Both the position numbers and the translations under genes were made by a program. The notes beneath the pieces were generated by a model. It ran no database searches and was not told where the DNA came from. It was given only the letters and a program-made list of their open reading frames with translations. A stretch of 64,000 nucleotides of DNA from Neodothiora populina (Eukaryota): positions 744,001 to 808,000 of the forward strand of contig NW_027191419.1 of the NCBI RefSeq assembly GCF_041146345.1, given 5' to 3'. Positions within the stretch are counted from its first letter, which is position 1, and the number at the start of each line of letters is the position of its first letter. This document shows, piece after piece, positions 37,395 through 48,336 of the stretch.

Positions 37395-38576
37395 ATGTCC
37401 AACATTCGAGATACCAACTATTCCAATCACCCATTTTGGGACTTCGTTGCAAGTATGCAACAGAACCCAGGGGCAGTGAATGCTCCTTTCGCTGCTGCAG
37501 GCAGTGCACCACCACCACCACCTCCACCCCAGGGTCCTGAAGCGCTTGCTGCATTCGCGAACAACTTCCCTTGGGGACCTATGAGTCCAATGCCTCACAG
37601 AGGCCGCCATGGTGGGCCTCGAGGCCGCACTCCACCACCACCCGAGCACGACCGAGATGAAGGCGCAGGTCATCGTCACCCCCATGAACATCGTGGAGGA
37701 TCTCACACTCCACCACCTCCTCCACCAGGGCATCATGGCTCCGGAGACGAAAAGGGTATGCCTCCACCACCACCGCACGACACGGAAGACCCACCCTCGC
37801 GTGCCCCTACTCCACCGCCGCCATCTAGCCCACCAACCGAGCCTCATCACCCTGGGCATGGTCCGCATGAGCACCACGGCCGTGGAGGTAGATGTGGTGG
37901 CCGTGGAGGCAGGCATGGTATGAGAGGCGGGCACGGCCCTGGTCCTCCTAACCATCGCCACGGCAGTCCTGGACCACACGGTCGTGGACATCGTGGAGGT
38001 AGATCTGGATGGAGAGGAGGGTCCCATCACGGACCTCACGGTCCTCACGACCGCCACAGAGGTCCTCCAGGAGGGTCTCCATTCGGTGCCGCCTTCCCTT
38101 TCGACTTGAACGCTCTCGCATCAGCGCTCGCACCCAACCTCTTTGGTGCTGCATACAACAACAACACCGCCGACAATGTCGTTCCCACCACGCGCAACAC
38201 CGACAACGATGGCATGTTCCATCCCGAGCTTGACCTTTTTGACACGGTCGAAGCATACATTTTGCATCTCTCTCTGCCTGGAGCGAAGAAGCCCGACCTC
38301 AGCATTACCTACTCATCGCCGCGCAATAGCGTGACCGTATCTGGTGTAGTGACCCGTCCTGGAGTCGACGAGGAGATGATGGACGCATTAGCTCTCGACG
38401 AGAGGAAAGTTGGCGCATTCGAGAGAGAAATAAAGCTAGAGGAGGGCGTCAAGATCGACGAAGAAGGAATTTCGGCCAAGCTCGAGGACGGAGTCCTGAG
38501 AGTCGTTGTGCCCAAGATCCTGCAAGAAGAGGAAGAGGAGGAATATGTCAATGTCAAGAGAATCTCGCTTGAGTAG
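37395..38576 (+). CDS. Small heat-shock protein (HSP20/alpha-crystallin) with a long His/Pro/Gly/Arg-rich N-terminal region
   Basis: C-terminal FHPELDLFDT..LSLPGAKK..VSG..ERKVGAFEREIKL..ISAKLEDGVLRVVVPK and a terminal I-x-L motif. N-terminal HPFWDFV. Confidence 0.9.
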   Translation: MSNIRDTNYSNHPFWDFVASMQQNPGAVNAPFAAAGSAPPPPPPPQGPEALAAFANNFPWGPMSPMPHRGRHGGPRGRTPPPPEHDRDEGAGHRHPHEHRGGSHTPPPPPPGHHGSGDEKGMPPPPPHDTEDPPSRAPTPPPPSSPPTEPHHPGHGPHEHHGRGGRCGGRGGRHGMRGGHGPGPPNHRHGSPGPHGRGHRGGRSGWRGGSHHGPHGPHDRHRGPPGGSPFGAAFPFDLNALASALAPNLFGAAYNNNTADNVVPTTRNTDNDGMFHPELDLFDTVEAYILHLSLPGAKKPDLSITYSSPRNSVTVSGVVTRPGVDEEMMDALALDERKVGAFEREIKLEEGVKIDEEGISAKLEDGVLRVVVPKILQEEEEEEYVNVKRISLE

Positions 38577-39085
38577 GCACTGTTCTAGGAAATAGCGATT
38601 CGCTCGCGGGAATGAGGCACAGGAGTTGGAGGAAATGATAATCAAGCATAATGACGGCATTCATATTAGGAAGTATTGCTTTGGCATACGAGATACCATT
38701 ACCATAGATGACGAAAATCAAAAAGACGCTCTTTACGAGCAACCCACAAAAACCACCTTTCTTGTTGTATTGTTAACCTATTCGATTGACGTGACCTCCG
38801 TGGTTTTGAATCGATCATCGTTGCTGAATTGTATAGTGTATGTGATGCTCTGCGGCGTAGTTGTGAAGCGCACCTTGATGCTCCCGGCCTGGCCCCTCGT
38901 GTATCTATGGGTTGTTTTCTTTCGTTCCCTTGTACTTCCATTTCTTACCAACAATACTTACAAAACAGAGCTCAACCATCATAGATGAAATTAGACTGTT
39001 CATATAGCCTAAGTGACCACAAAAACACAATTCAGGCTGATGGCTAGCTCCCACCGTGATGACCGCAAGATTGACAAAAGAAGTA

Positions 39086-39184
39086 TGCTTCGACTGAGAA
39101 TCGAACTCAGATCTAAGGATTTCCTGGTCTGAGACCAAGTCATATAATATGAGACCTCCGTACTAACCGTTATACTATCGAAGC
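39086..39184 (-). tRNA. Elongator tRNA-Met(CAT) with 27-nt intron (39121-39147)
   Basis: Acceptor stem GCTTCGA/TCGAAGC, D stem GTAT/GTAC, anticodon loop CTCATA with the U31-U39 pair typical of elongator Met, T arm CTGAG-TTCGATT-CTCAG. Confidence 0.92.
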
Positions 39185-39625
39185 TTACCAAATCTGTGAA
39201 TTCGGGATAGACGGTTGTATGTCAAACTTGCTGGAGAAATGTATATATAAGTTACATTGTGGGGGCTGGCTGCTGTGTCTTCGTTGCATTTTCGTGATCA
39301 GAAACCGGAAGATAGTATCGTAATTAGTATGGGGACCTGCTTCCTCGTACATTTAGCTCTCGATTGTGAAAACTGTACGACAGGGGCTTAGGAAGGTAAA
39401 TGCAACTTTTGCATGTCTATAATGTTACCATGTTGAACGTAGATCTGTTGACCATCATGAACGCGACATGTTTCGAATGCGCAGCACGTCACCTGGCAGC
39501 TTATCGTTGCGCTTATCGCAACTTCTCTGATCAGAATAAAGAGTAAGGTAGGCATCCAGCATCAACGCATAGTTATTCTATGACCTGAGCCCGAGCAACG
39601 GCTTGTTCTTCCATCAACATATAAG

Positions 39626-40522
39626 ATGCCGCCTCCCCAGCGCATTCCTTCTCTGCCAGGAGCAACACAAGCATCCAAGAAAGCGTTCAAACCGCCCGCT
39701 CGAGTCATCTCATCAGATTCAAATCCTGGATCTTCTTCAGCAGCAGCACGCGCCACTTCTCGGCCTGCAGCAAGTATAAGGGCAAATCGCGCAAACCCAA
39801 GTGAAGCAACGAGATCGGTCTCAGCAACCTCGGACCGATCGGGACCATCAACAACTCAGGGTGGCAAAGCGTCTACAACCAAGGGAAAGACCGCAAGCAT
39901 GTCTGGCTTCAAACGGGCTGCTGATCTACACGATATTGATATGATATCCTCGGACGACGACGACGATTTCAATTTCGATGACGCGGCACAGAGACCACTG
40001 CCGACTAAAGCTATTACTCAAAAAGCTGCGCCGCCGCCGAAGATTGCGAGGACGACGGCCAAGGCAACGAATAAAGGAAAAGGATTGGCGCGTCTTCCGT
40101 CTTTATCTCCAGATTCATCTTTAGCTTCACCGACTCGCGAGTCCTCACCAATCGCTCTCGATGAAATTGATAGTGGTCGAGAAGAAACGACGACAAATGC
40201 CCATGAGGGTGAGAATGATGTTTCGAAGATTGGCACAGACGAGGACGAAGTCCCACTACTTCCGGGCCTCTTGTTAACTCGTTTACTATACGAGTGCTTC
40301 GAAGACAAGGAAGTGAAGATTTCAAAGGACGCCAACTCGCTCATGGCTCGGTACATGGATCTATTCGTGAGAGAAGCGGTGGCGCGGGCCACCGAGGTTC
40401 AGAAGGAGCGCAAAACGGAAGAAGGTCATGTTGTGGACGATGGTGACATGGACGACGATCGACCGTTTCTCATCACCAAAGACTTGGAAGAAGTGGCTCC
40501 TGGACTGGTACTGGACTTTTGA
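39626..40522 (+). CDS. MHF2: CENP-X/Mhf2 histone-fold protein with disordered N-terminal extension
   Basis: C-terminal LLTRLLYECF..KISKDAN..YMDLFVREAVARA..DLEEVAPGLVLDF. Confidence 0.88.
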   Translation: MPPPQRIPSLPGATQASKKAFKPPARVISSDSNPGSSSAAARATSRPAASIRANRANPSEATRSVSATSDRSGPSTTQGGKASTTKGKTASMSGFKRAADLHDIDMISSDDDDDFNFDDAAQRPLPTKAITQKAAPPPKIARTTAKATNKGKGLARLPSLSPDSSLASPTRESSPIALDEIDSGREETTTNAHEGENDVSKIGTDEDEVPLLPGLLLTRLLYECFEDKEVKISKDANSLMARYMDLFVREAVARATEVQKERKTEEGHVVDDGDMDDDRPFLITKDLEEVAPGLVLDF

Positions 40523-40766
40523 GCGAGCGGCTCAAAGCTACGATCATCAAGCTTCAGGCCTGTGAGCGACATTGATGTCGAGCGAATCACAGAATATCAT
40601 TCAATCGATCAACTACACAATAGTCGTAAAACCGCGTGCCTCAGGGTAAGGACATGTTCATACTGCCGCAAAGGTTCAAAGCAGCGCCATCAACTACATT
40701 GAAAAAAAGAAACCATAACCACTACGCTGCAAAGAGAATCGAACCGACTACGACTCGATCTGGTCT

Positions 40767-41941
40767 TCAAGCCTTCGCATTGAGACACGAAGTCACACCC
40801 GGCTCTGTCTTCTCCATCAGTGGGAAGATTTCGTCTGCAACGCGCTTCTGTAGACTGAGGTCGGGCTCGCTGGAATTATGTCAGTACAAGCCGAACGATC
40901 ATGGTAAGAACGACTTACTCTCCAATCTTGCAATCCATGAGGAAGTTTCCATGAGCCTCTGGTCCAAGGTCTTGCGTGACGCCGTGTACGAGGGTTCGAC
41001 CTCCCACTTCTGTCTTTCGAGCTATAACAGTCAACATGCCGGTCATGAAGATCCTTTCGGCCCCTATATCGACTATGTCAGTATTCTCGCATACTGCATG
41101 CGCATGCTTTCAGGATCACTCACAAGATGCGTTCCTCTGCAAATCGCTCCAGCAGAGACCGGGGGTCAGGACAGTTATGATGACATTGGAGTCTTCAGAG
41201 AGCGGACTACGAGCTGCTATTTCCTTGACAGCCAAGTATAGCAACAGCTTTGACGTCATGTACCTATTCGAGTCAGCAATCTGTATCTGTTATGATCCTA
41301 GGCTATCGTCGCCATTGCACGTACCTGTTGCCCATGTTTGCGATTTTTGGATCATTCATGGCATCGAAAAGAGGTCGATCTGCAACTTGACTCTCCTTTG
41401 CCTGCGCAATGTAATGTGTGTCGCTTCCCACATAGGCGAGTCTTCCTCTGCTCCCAGTCTTCTTAGCACTAGCCCTCAATATTGGTAGCAACAAGAGACC
41501 AAATAGCACTGGACCAGTGACCAAAGTCATCAAGTTACTCTCTTCGCCGCTCTCGTCCAAGATTTCAAACTTCGGATTGATTGCTCCTGCATTCTGAAGC
41601 ACTGCGTCGAGCCTGTCAAGCCCCTTGGCGCGGTCCGCGAACGCCTTGACGGAACTGAAGCTTGAAATGTCGAGCTTCCAGACCTCAATCTCGGTTTTGG
41701 ATGCTTTGTCTCCAAGGTCGGCTGCTATCTTGGCTGCTGCAGCTTCTGCTGTAGCCACTGTACGGCATGCTAGGATCAGCTTGGACGCACCCAAGTGAGC
41801 TATCTGACGCGCTGCTTCGAAACCAAGACCAGTGTTACTGCCTGTGACTATCACGGTCTGACTTACGAACGATGAAGTCTGGACTGGAATTGACTCGAGG
41901 AACTGAGACTTGGGGAACTTGTACAACCAGAAGCTCGCCAT
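40767..41941 (-). CDS. Short-chain dehydrogenase/reductase (retinol-DH/WWOX-like), 4 exons (41941-41325, 41263-41124, 41063-40919, 40869-40767)
   Basis: TGSNTGLG and QNAG. The catalytic YMTSK appears after splicing, then TPGLC and ARKTEVGGRTLV. Three GT-AG introns with CTGAC branch sites. Confidence 0.9.
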
Positions 41942-42497
41942 GGTGTGTTATGCTGCGTCGGATTCTTAACAGAATAGAATTGAGGGTGTGCTGAAGATGA
42001 CATGACGAGGACTTGATGAAGCTCTTATCCGATACTTATATACTCATGGAACTACCTTAAGGTTGTGTTACCTTGAGCAATCCTAAGCTTACTTGCTTTG
42101 GGGAGCCGAATGAGGCAAACACATGTTTCATGATCACCGCGTAAGTCCGGTATGCCCGAGCGGCGCAATATATCAATTTGACCGCGTCCACAAAACCCGA
42201 CATCTTCGTAGTAAATACGAAACAGCATTCGTCGCATGGAGGATGCTTGGTCCATGACAAGCTATTCACTCGGCGTCAATGTGGATCTGCTCCCGGATGA
42301 TGCTGAATATCCAGATGGTGTTACATCCGAGACTCTGCAGCGATTCCGACTCTCCTGTGATTGCCCTGCAGCAAGCTGTTATAGTGTAACAATCTGCAAT
42401 AACATAGCTTCCAATCGACAAATACTCCCGTACATTTTCCGGTCTTCAGCACCTCTGTGGTGGGGTCAAAAAGGTGAATGGCGAAACAAAAAACAAA

Positions 42498-42616
42498 ACA
42501 TACAGCAGCTGGGATTCCCACGTGGTCACCCACCGTAGTACTAATCAGCCGGTCAACTGCTTATGTCTGGCAGAGCGGACGGGATGCCCAGTTCTCAGCT
42601 GCCTGTGGCCGTATGT
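42498..42616 (-). rRNA. Dispersed 5S rRNA gene
   Basis: 119 nt, ACATACGGCCAC...CCCGTCCGCTC...TTAGTAC...GGTGACCAC...GAATCC...GCTGTATGT. The ends pair, a T-rich terminator follows, and TATAT lies at about -27 to -31. Confidence 0.95.
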
Positions 42617-43031
42617 GCTCGTTCCCCTCAATATTAGGGAACATATACATTGTATGTTTCGATAGGGTCAGTGTCTAGCCCCGAAGGGCCCGCGAGATCT
42701 CAGCATCTAATTAGCTGGGAGCTGGTTGCTGTCCTCACCTACCCGTGATAAGCAAGCAGAACTCTTCATTCCTTAAGCATATATTACTATCAACGTTAGC
42801 TTTCTGTGCAGCAGAAAGCGCAAGAACTTACACCCAATGCGTCCATCGTGCTATCACATATCGCAATCAATAAAAAGAAACGATTATCTTGGCACCGAGA
42901 TCCCCCGCCACGTGCCGTAAAGGAGGTTTATATGATCTTATATTAATGATACCATCGTTGCCCTTTTCTTTGATTCTTCTCTTAACGAAAGAGTCACCTG
43001 TACTATATCAAGCCAAAAGCTATAGATCGGA

Positions 43032-44717
43032 ATGAAGACTAGCTCTTTCGAGACGTTACCTCCTGAAGTCATCGAGTCAATTATTTATCACCTTGATGGT
43101 AATGGTCTGTGTTCAATTCGTTTGTCATGCCGATACCTGTGCCACGTCTCCAGCAAGACCTTCATAGAACGTCTGAGGCGGAATGTGTATTTCACGATCG
43201 AGGAGAGCTTGACAACATTGATAGCTATCAGTGAGAACGCGCATTTCCGTGAAAGTCTGAGATCAATACAATTCTATCCTCATCTTCAATCTCGGGAGAT
43301 TGAAGAAGCATTTCCTTCCTTGTCGAGAGAAAATATGCGTCAGACCCCGTGGACCAGAACAAGATCGTCAATGTTGACATTTTCACAACGGGAGAATTTA
43401 CATCGTCGCTTGCTAAATCAGTTGGACTTTACAAAGGAGAGCAAACATCAACAAATCATGAGTGACTCCTTCAAGAGTCTGACGAATGTAAGAAAACTTG
43501 AGCTGGGGTCATGGGGACTTTCAGTGGAAGAAGTAGAGAGACATTCCAGGACAATGCAAAAGTTCAGAGTGGAGACTGGTGTGGGTATCCTCGAGTTTCA
43601 GTGGGGCTCGATCTGGGAGATGCAGCAGTTTGGCACAACAAAGTCTTGTGATGGCAACTGCTCATTGACACAAGACTTCAAATTGATCTTGATGGCGCTT
43701 GCCAAGTCGAAAAGGCCTTTGGAAGAATTCAAGGCACATTATTTGTCAGTCGAGGGTCTGAAGTGCATTCAGATCACAGACGTTCCGCTTGACCGCAAAC
43801 TCCTCCAAGGTCTTAGGTCTTCTTTCAAGACTGTAAGGGTACTACATCTGTGCCTTGGCTTCGAAAGGGGACGCAAGGCCGAAGATGAGTCTTCTTCATT
43901 GTCGCGTTTCAAGTCATGGGTACAGGAGTTCACACGCCTCGCTCCGCATTTGGAGGATCTCAAGCTAGTATTTGACGGCTGGGCACAGTGGGAGGTGAGA
44001 CCCGAGCACATGGCACCAGATTGGAGCGGCAGTCTCTTCCACAACCTTGCCACACGATCCGCTCCGTTTCCATACCTCCGAAAATTAGATCTGCAGAATA
44101 TGTTTGTCCGGTGGCGGGACGTTTCCGATTTTCTCGTGCTCCACAAGGAGAATCTTGTCGACTTGACTCTGAACCGCATGACGATGTGGAGTGCGCTGTC
44201 CTGGGACCGCGTGGTACCTGACGCTGAAGCGACGACCTGGATCACTCAGTTCAAGAAATTGCTGCGGTCAATGCCATCACTACAGACCGTGAATTTATCC
44301 TGGCTTTGCATCAATGGACGAATGATGTGCTTCTACCAGCAGCACTTCAGACATTGCACTGGCTGCGACGACAGAGTGAAGAAGCCAACGGACTACGGCT
44401 TGACGTCTTGTCCGCATTACGCATATGGCAAATACAGAGATGCATCATTACTTCGAGCGACGACTGCACGGAAAGCATGCGGAACGAAGACTAGCCGCCT
44501 TGCTGACTTTCTTGAGACGCCTGTTGTCATGCTACCAATGCCGACCGCCTTTCCCATGTTCTATACAGCGGACGAGAATGACTTTGCAGCTCAGTGGCAG
44601 TACTATGATGGTACTCTGGGGCGCTGGGAGACGCCTGGTCCTGAGATTGAAGATGATTCGAATGAGGTCGATGATTACTTTGCTCGCGGCCCACCAGCTC
44701 TACCTGCACCAGTGTAG
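43032..44717 (+). CDS. F-box domain protein with degenerate LRR-like C-terminal region
   Basis: 561-aa intronless ORF. N-terminal FETLPPEVIESIIYHL...SIRLSCRYL, with repeated LxxLxL segments (LEDLKL, LRKLDL, LVDLTL, LQTVNL). Confidence 0.8.
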   Translation: MKTSSFETLPPEVIESIIYHLDGNGLCSIRLSCRYLCHVSSKTFIERLRRNVYFTIEESLTTLIAISENAHFRESLRSIQFYPHLQSREIEEAFPSLSRENMRQTPWTRTRSSMLTFSQRENLHRRLLNQLDFTKESKHQQIMSDSFKSLTNVRKLELGSWGLSVEEVERHSRTMQKFRVETGVGILEFQWGSIWEMQQFGTTKSCDGNCSLTQDFKLILMALAKSKRPLEEFKAHYLSVEGLKCIQITDVPLDRKLLQGLRSSFKTVRVLHLCLGFERGRKAEDESSSLSRFKSWVQEFTRLAPHLEDLKLVFDGWAQWEVRPEHMAPDWSGSLFHNLATRSAPFPYLRKLDLQNMFVRWRDVSDFLVLHKENLVDLTLNRMTMWSALSWDRVVPDAEATTWITQFKKLLRSMPSLQTVNLSWLCINGRMMCFYQQHFRHCTGCDDRVKKPTDYGLTSCPHYAYGKYRDASLLRATTARKACGTKTSRLADFLETPVVMLPMPTAFPMFYTADENDFAAQWQYYDGTLGRWETPGPEIEDDSNEVDDYFARGPPALPAPV

Positions 44718-45860
44718 TTCATGAAATTCGTGGAGGACATATATGTAAAACCTTGCCCCGCGACATTGTATCGCGTCAATACCTCCTCGAGACGGGACAC
44801 TCATCGGTTCTCCAACCAAGAAGAAAGAAGGAGAGGTATGGTCGAAGCCCGCTGCTTCGCCGTGTCCGTCCTGTAGTATGAAGCTTTCGCAACGACAGGT
44901 ATTTCTCCTATCCGGTCAGCAAAGTTGTGAATACTTGCATTGCAAAAAGTGTTCATAATGTCCTCTGATAAAAAGACCGCCAAATGGCGTTGACAGCTCT
45001 AATTTGAGAATGCAAGTATGAGACCAAGGTAGGATTCATCTTGACTCTGCCGTTGCTGTACCATCTAACAAGAATGTGTTCGACCAGGGTCACACGTAGC
45101 TTGGCACCATATCTTAGTCAAGTCAAGTGTTGAACAAGTCAATAACCCTCAGCTGGCCCAAAATACATGGCCGATTCACTAATTGTAAAGCAACATGATC
45201 TAGAGCACAGAGTATGAAGACATTGGAGGGAGGATGTACAATAGCATAACCTGAACTACACAGATGAAGGCTGTTATGTGTTATACGTACCACCCTCGGC
45301 TTTGCGACCTGGAAAGGTCTGTGCATGTCGAACTAAACTAATGGCGACACCGCATGGTAACTCTAAATACTGGGCTTGATCCTTCTGAGTCGACCTACAC
45401 GTTTAGTCATACCAATTCTTTCGACATATCTAATTAATCTGTATCGATTGTCTTAGCAAAGATGGTCTATAGCCAGTAATCAGTACACTGCTGTACAACA
45501 TCCGCACAGATATTGCTTTGTTGAGATCCGCTTTTCTATAGCATCTTGTATCAGTCCGTTTGTGTCTGTGAAATAGCTACCTATTGCTTTCGATTGCCAC
45601 AAACATCTGCCTGTTTACCCTACCTGCTAGTCTTGCCGACTTCTACTGGCACGTTACATCAGAACTTTGCCTCTGTTTGGTGCCGAGCACATATAGAATC
45701 ACTCTAAAGGCAGTAAAAGATAGATCAAGTCTGCGGTGACCCGAGCGACCGGAAAGTCGAAATACAGTACAATAGAACCCAATTACTTTGTCCACGCCTT
45801 ACTCCTCATACCTGATATCACATCGAGAAGAAAGACAATCTTCCAGCCTATCCAGCGATA

Positions 45861-47395
45861 ATGACAACCTCAATACCAGCGACCCAGACAATCTCTGCCT
45901 ACTTCTTCCGATGTTGCGACGAAATCGGGTTGATATCCCTCCACTACGCACCTCTCGATACCAAACTTCTCTGTCTACAGCGCTTCGTGCGGTTCATAGC
46001 TTACGGAGGCACGACTCTCATTCTAGCGACGTACCTCTCCGTACTCGGTAATTCGGACGGTCGGATAGGATTGTTCATGACTCTGACCCTCGTGGGAGAT
46101 GTGGTGATAAGTTTCTTCCTGACGCTGTTCGCTGATCGGCTGGGCCGGAAGATGATTCTTGTTGTCGGATCCTTGCTCATGGTCGGTAGTGGAATTGTCT
46201 TTGGACTCACTTCGAATTTCTATCTTTTGCTTCTCGCTGCGGTTTTTGGGGTCATTAGTCCCAGTGGGAACGAAGTCGGACCGTTCCGTGCGGTGGAGGA
46301 GTCGACGCTGGCGCATTTGACCCCTGAGGCGGCTAGAGGTGATATCTTCGCTTGGTATGTCTTGATTGGATATGCGGGCACGGCTATCGGGACGATTGTC
46401 AGTGGGTGGGTCGTGGAGAGGTTGAGAGTCACGAGAGGGGATGTGGTGTTTGCTTATCGCGTTGTGTTCTGGATCTATGCTGCCATGGGCACGTTGAAGT
46501 TCCTCATGGCTTGCGCGTTGAGCAAGAACATCGAGGCTGAGGAGACGGATCCAGTGATTATTGACCAAGGCGACGAGGAGGCCCCGCTGTTGGTTGATCG
46601 TCCTGTGGATGCAGCAGGCAACGAAGAAGACAACGACAGTGGGGAACCGAAGACGAACAAGACGTTCATGGGCATCGGAAGAGAGAATCTCTCTACTTAT
46701 ATCCAGCTATGTCTTTTCTTCGGCCTCGACTCCTTCGCGTCCGGTCTAGCAACGACGTAAGTTTTCCTCCATCATGCTTTGGAGAAACAGAGAAACAACA
46801 CCTGAAAAGAGCTACATTGACTGACTCAATGAAAAACAGAACCTGGCTAACCTACTACTTCCACCTCAAATTCAACCTGCAAGAAGGCAAACTCGGAAGT
46901 CTCTTCAGTGGCCTAGCGATAATAATCGCGCTTTCCGTGCTCGTGGCCTCATCCATTGCAAAACGAATCGGCAACATAAAAGCCATGGCATTCACGCACC
47001 TGCCCTCGGCGATCACGCTGATGCTGATCCCGCTGCCGTCAACCGTGGGCCCGGCGATTGCGTTCTTGATCATCAGAGCATGCAGTCAGTCCATGGACAC
47101 GGCGCCGCGCACGGCGTTCCTGACCGCGGTCATTGTACCGCGCGAGAGGACGGCGGTTATGGGGTTCATCAATGTTGTCAAGACCATGACGCAGAGTCTG
47201 GGCCCGTTGGTCACTGGTGTGCTTGCTGGACGGGGAGCTTTTGGGGTCAGTTTTATCATTGCTGGTGCATTGAAGATTGTATATGATCTGGGGATCCTGG
47301 CGGTCTTTGTCGGGCACAAGTCGCAGGCCGGGAAAGAGCCCGAAGGAGGCTTGGCGGTGGCTGTGGAAAGAGAGAACGACGAAGAGGATGATTGA
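45861..47395 (+). CDS. MFS transporter, 2 exons (45861-46756, 46840-47395)
   Basis: About 12 hydrophobic segments, ADRLGRK motif A, SPSGNEVGPFRAVEES, FTHLPS and SMDTAPR. Intron 46757-46839. Confidence 0.9.
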
Positions 47396-47718
47396 AGGAT
47401 ATGGTTTGCGGAGCGAAACAGGGGTCTCGATAATATAGATGAGACTGTAGGTTTGATTTATGGGAATGCGAAGACAAATCACCAGGACAGATGACAATTC
47501 ATGCGCACTCACGCCTTTCCTAAAACTTCTTATGGGGGTCAATGATGGTTGCGCGACAAAGGTCATGGAGAGTGGTTTTCGATGGACATGGATTGTCATG
47601 GTCAAGTATGCGATCCGACAACGCGAAGAGACCCTAGATCTTACATCTCAATCCCACTCCAAAGCACAGCCTAGATGCTTGACCCGATAGAGAAAACAGT
47701 CTGCCTCGTAAGATCCCA

Positions 47719-48336
47719 TTACACCTCCCCTTTCCCTTCCTCCTCCCTCAACCTCTCCCTGACCCTCATCAACGCCTTCCCCAGCACATTCCTCCCCCAC
47801 CTCTCCTCCTCCGTCCCCTCCTCCACATCCCTCGCAGCATCATCCCCTCTCCTCCCAATCCCCCAAATCGCATCCACGGGACTCGCCTCAGCCAAGACCT
47901 TGTCTCCAGTGCCCAGCAGCGCAGCCTTACACTCGTCGACCTGCGAGAACTTCCACCAGCACGCGTCTTCGGCGACGGAGTCGATGTGTTCATTCCACAG
48001 CGCCGAGTCATAGGGCGTCACTTTGCGGCCGAGAGTCTGTGCTTCCTGCGGTGTGGCGGCTTCATTGACGATCAAGGACGCCGTGGGCAGGTCGTTCATG
48101 AGGACCGCTTTGCGGTACATTATGTAGTGCTCTGCTGTGGGGAAACGCAGGTGAGCAGATGATAGGGATGCAGGATCTGGAGCCCAGAAGCAGGAAGGAT
48201 ACCAGTTCTGGAGCCGCGAAGAGGAGAGCTGCAGTTCGTGGCCGTAGAAGAATAGGTGGGTTTGTGTTATTTGCTCGCTTGGGCCGTGGAAGTCGGGTTT
48301 CTTGTCGCTGGTCTTTTGGGGGGTTGGTTGAGTCAT
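47719..48336 (-). CDS. NADAR / YbiA (DUF1768) family protein
   Basis: LQNWYPS.F, FPTAEHYIMYRKA, LGRKV, KFSQ, LLGTGDKVLAEASPVDAIWGIG and WGRNVLGKALMRVRERL. Confidence 0.92.
   Translation of the reverse strand: MTQPTPQKTSDKKPDFHGPSEQITQTHLFFYGHELQLSSSRLQNWYPSCFWAPDPASLSSAHLRFPTAEHYIMYRKAVLMNDLPTASLIVNEAATPQEAQTLGRKVTPYDSALWNEHIDSVAEDACWWKFSQVDECKAALLGTGDKVLAEASPVDAIWGIGRRGDDAARDVEEGTEEERWGRNVLGKALMRVRERLREEEGKGEV

Noticed and set aside
37374..38057. 227-aa minus-strand Trp/Arg-rich ORF
   Set aside because: Antisense of the CCA/CAC-rich low-complexity HSP20 region.
15413..40522. Two kinetochore genes (MIS12, MHF2) within 25 kb
   Set aside because: Separated by many unrelated genes, with no evidence of functional clustering or centromeric DNA.
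40636..41488. Plus-strand ORFs of 201 and 170 aa
   Set aside because: Antisense to the spliced SDR exons, which explain the region.
40767..48336. SDR + MFS + neighbours as a secondary-metabolite cluster
   Set aside because: No PKS, NRPS, terpene synthase or other backbone gene in the window.
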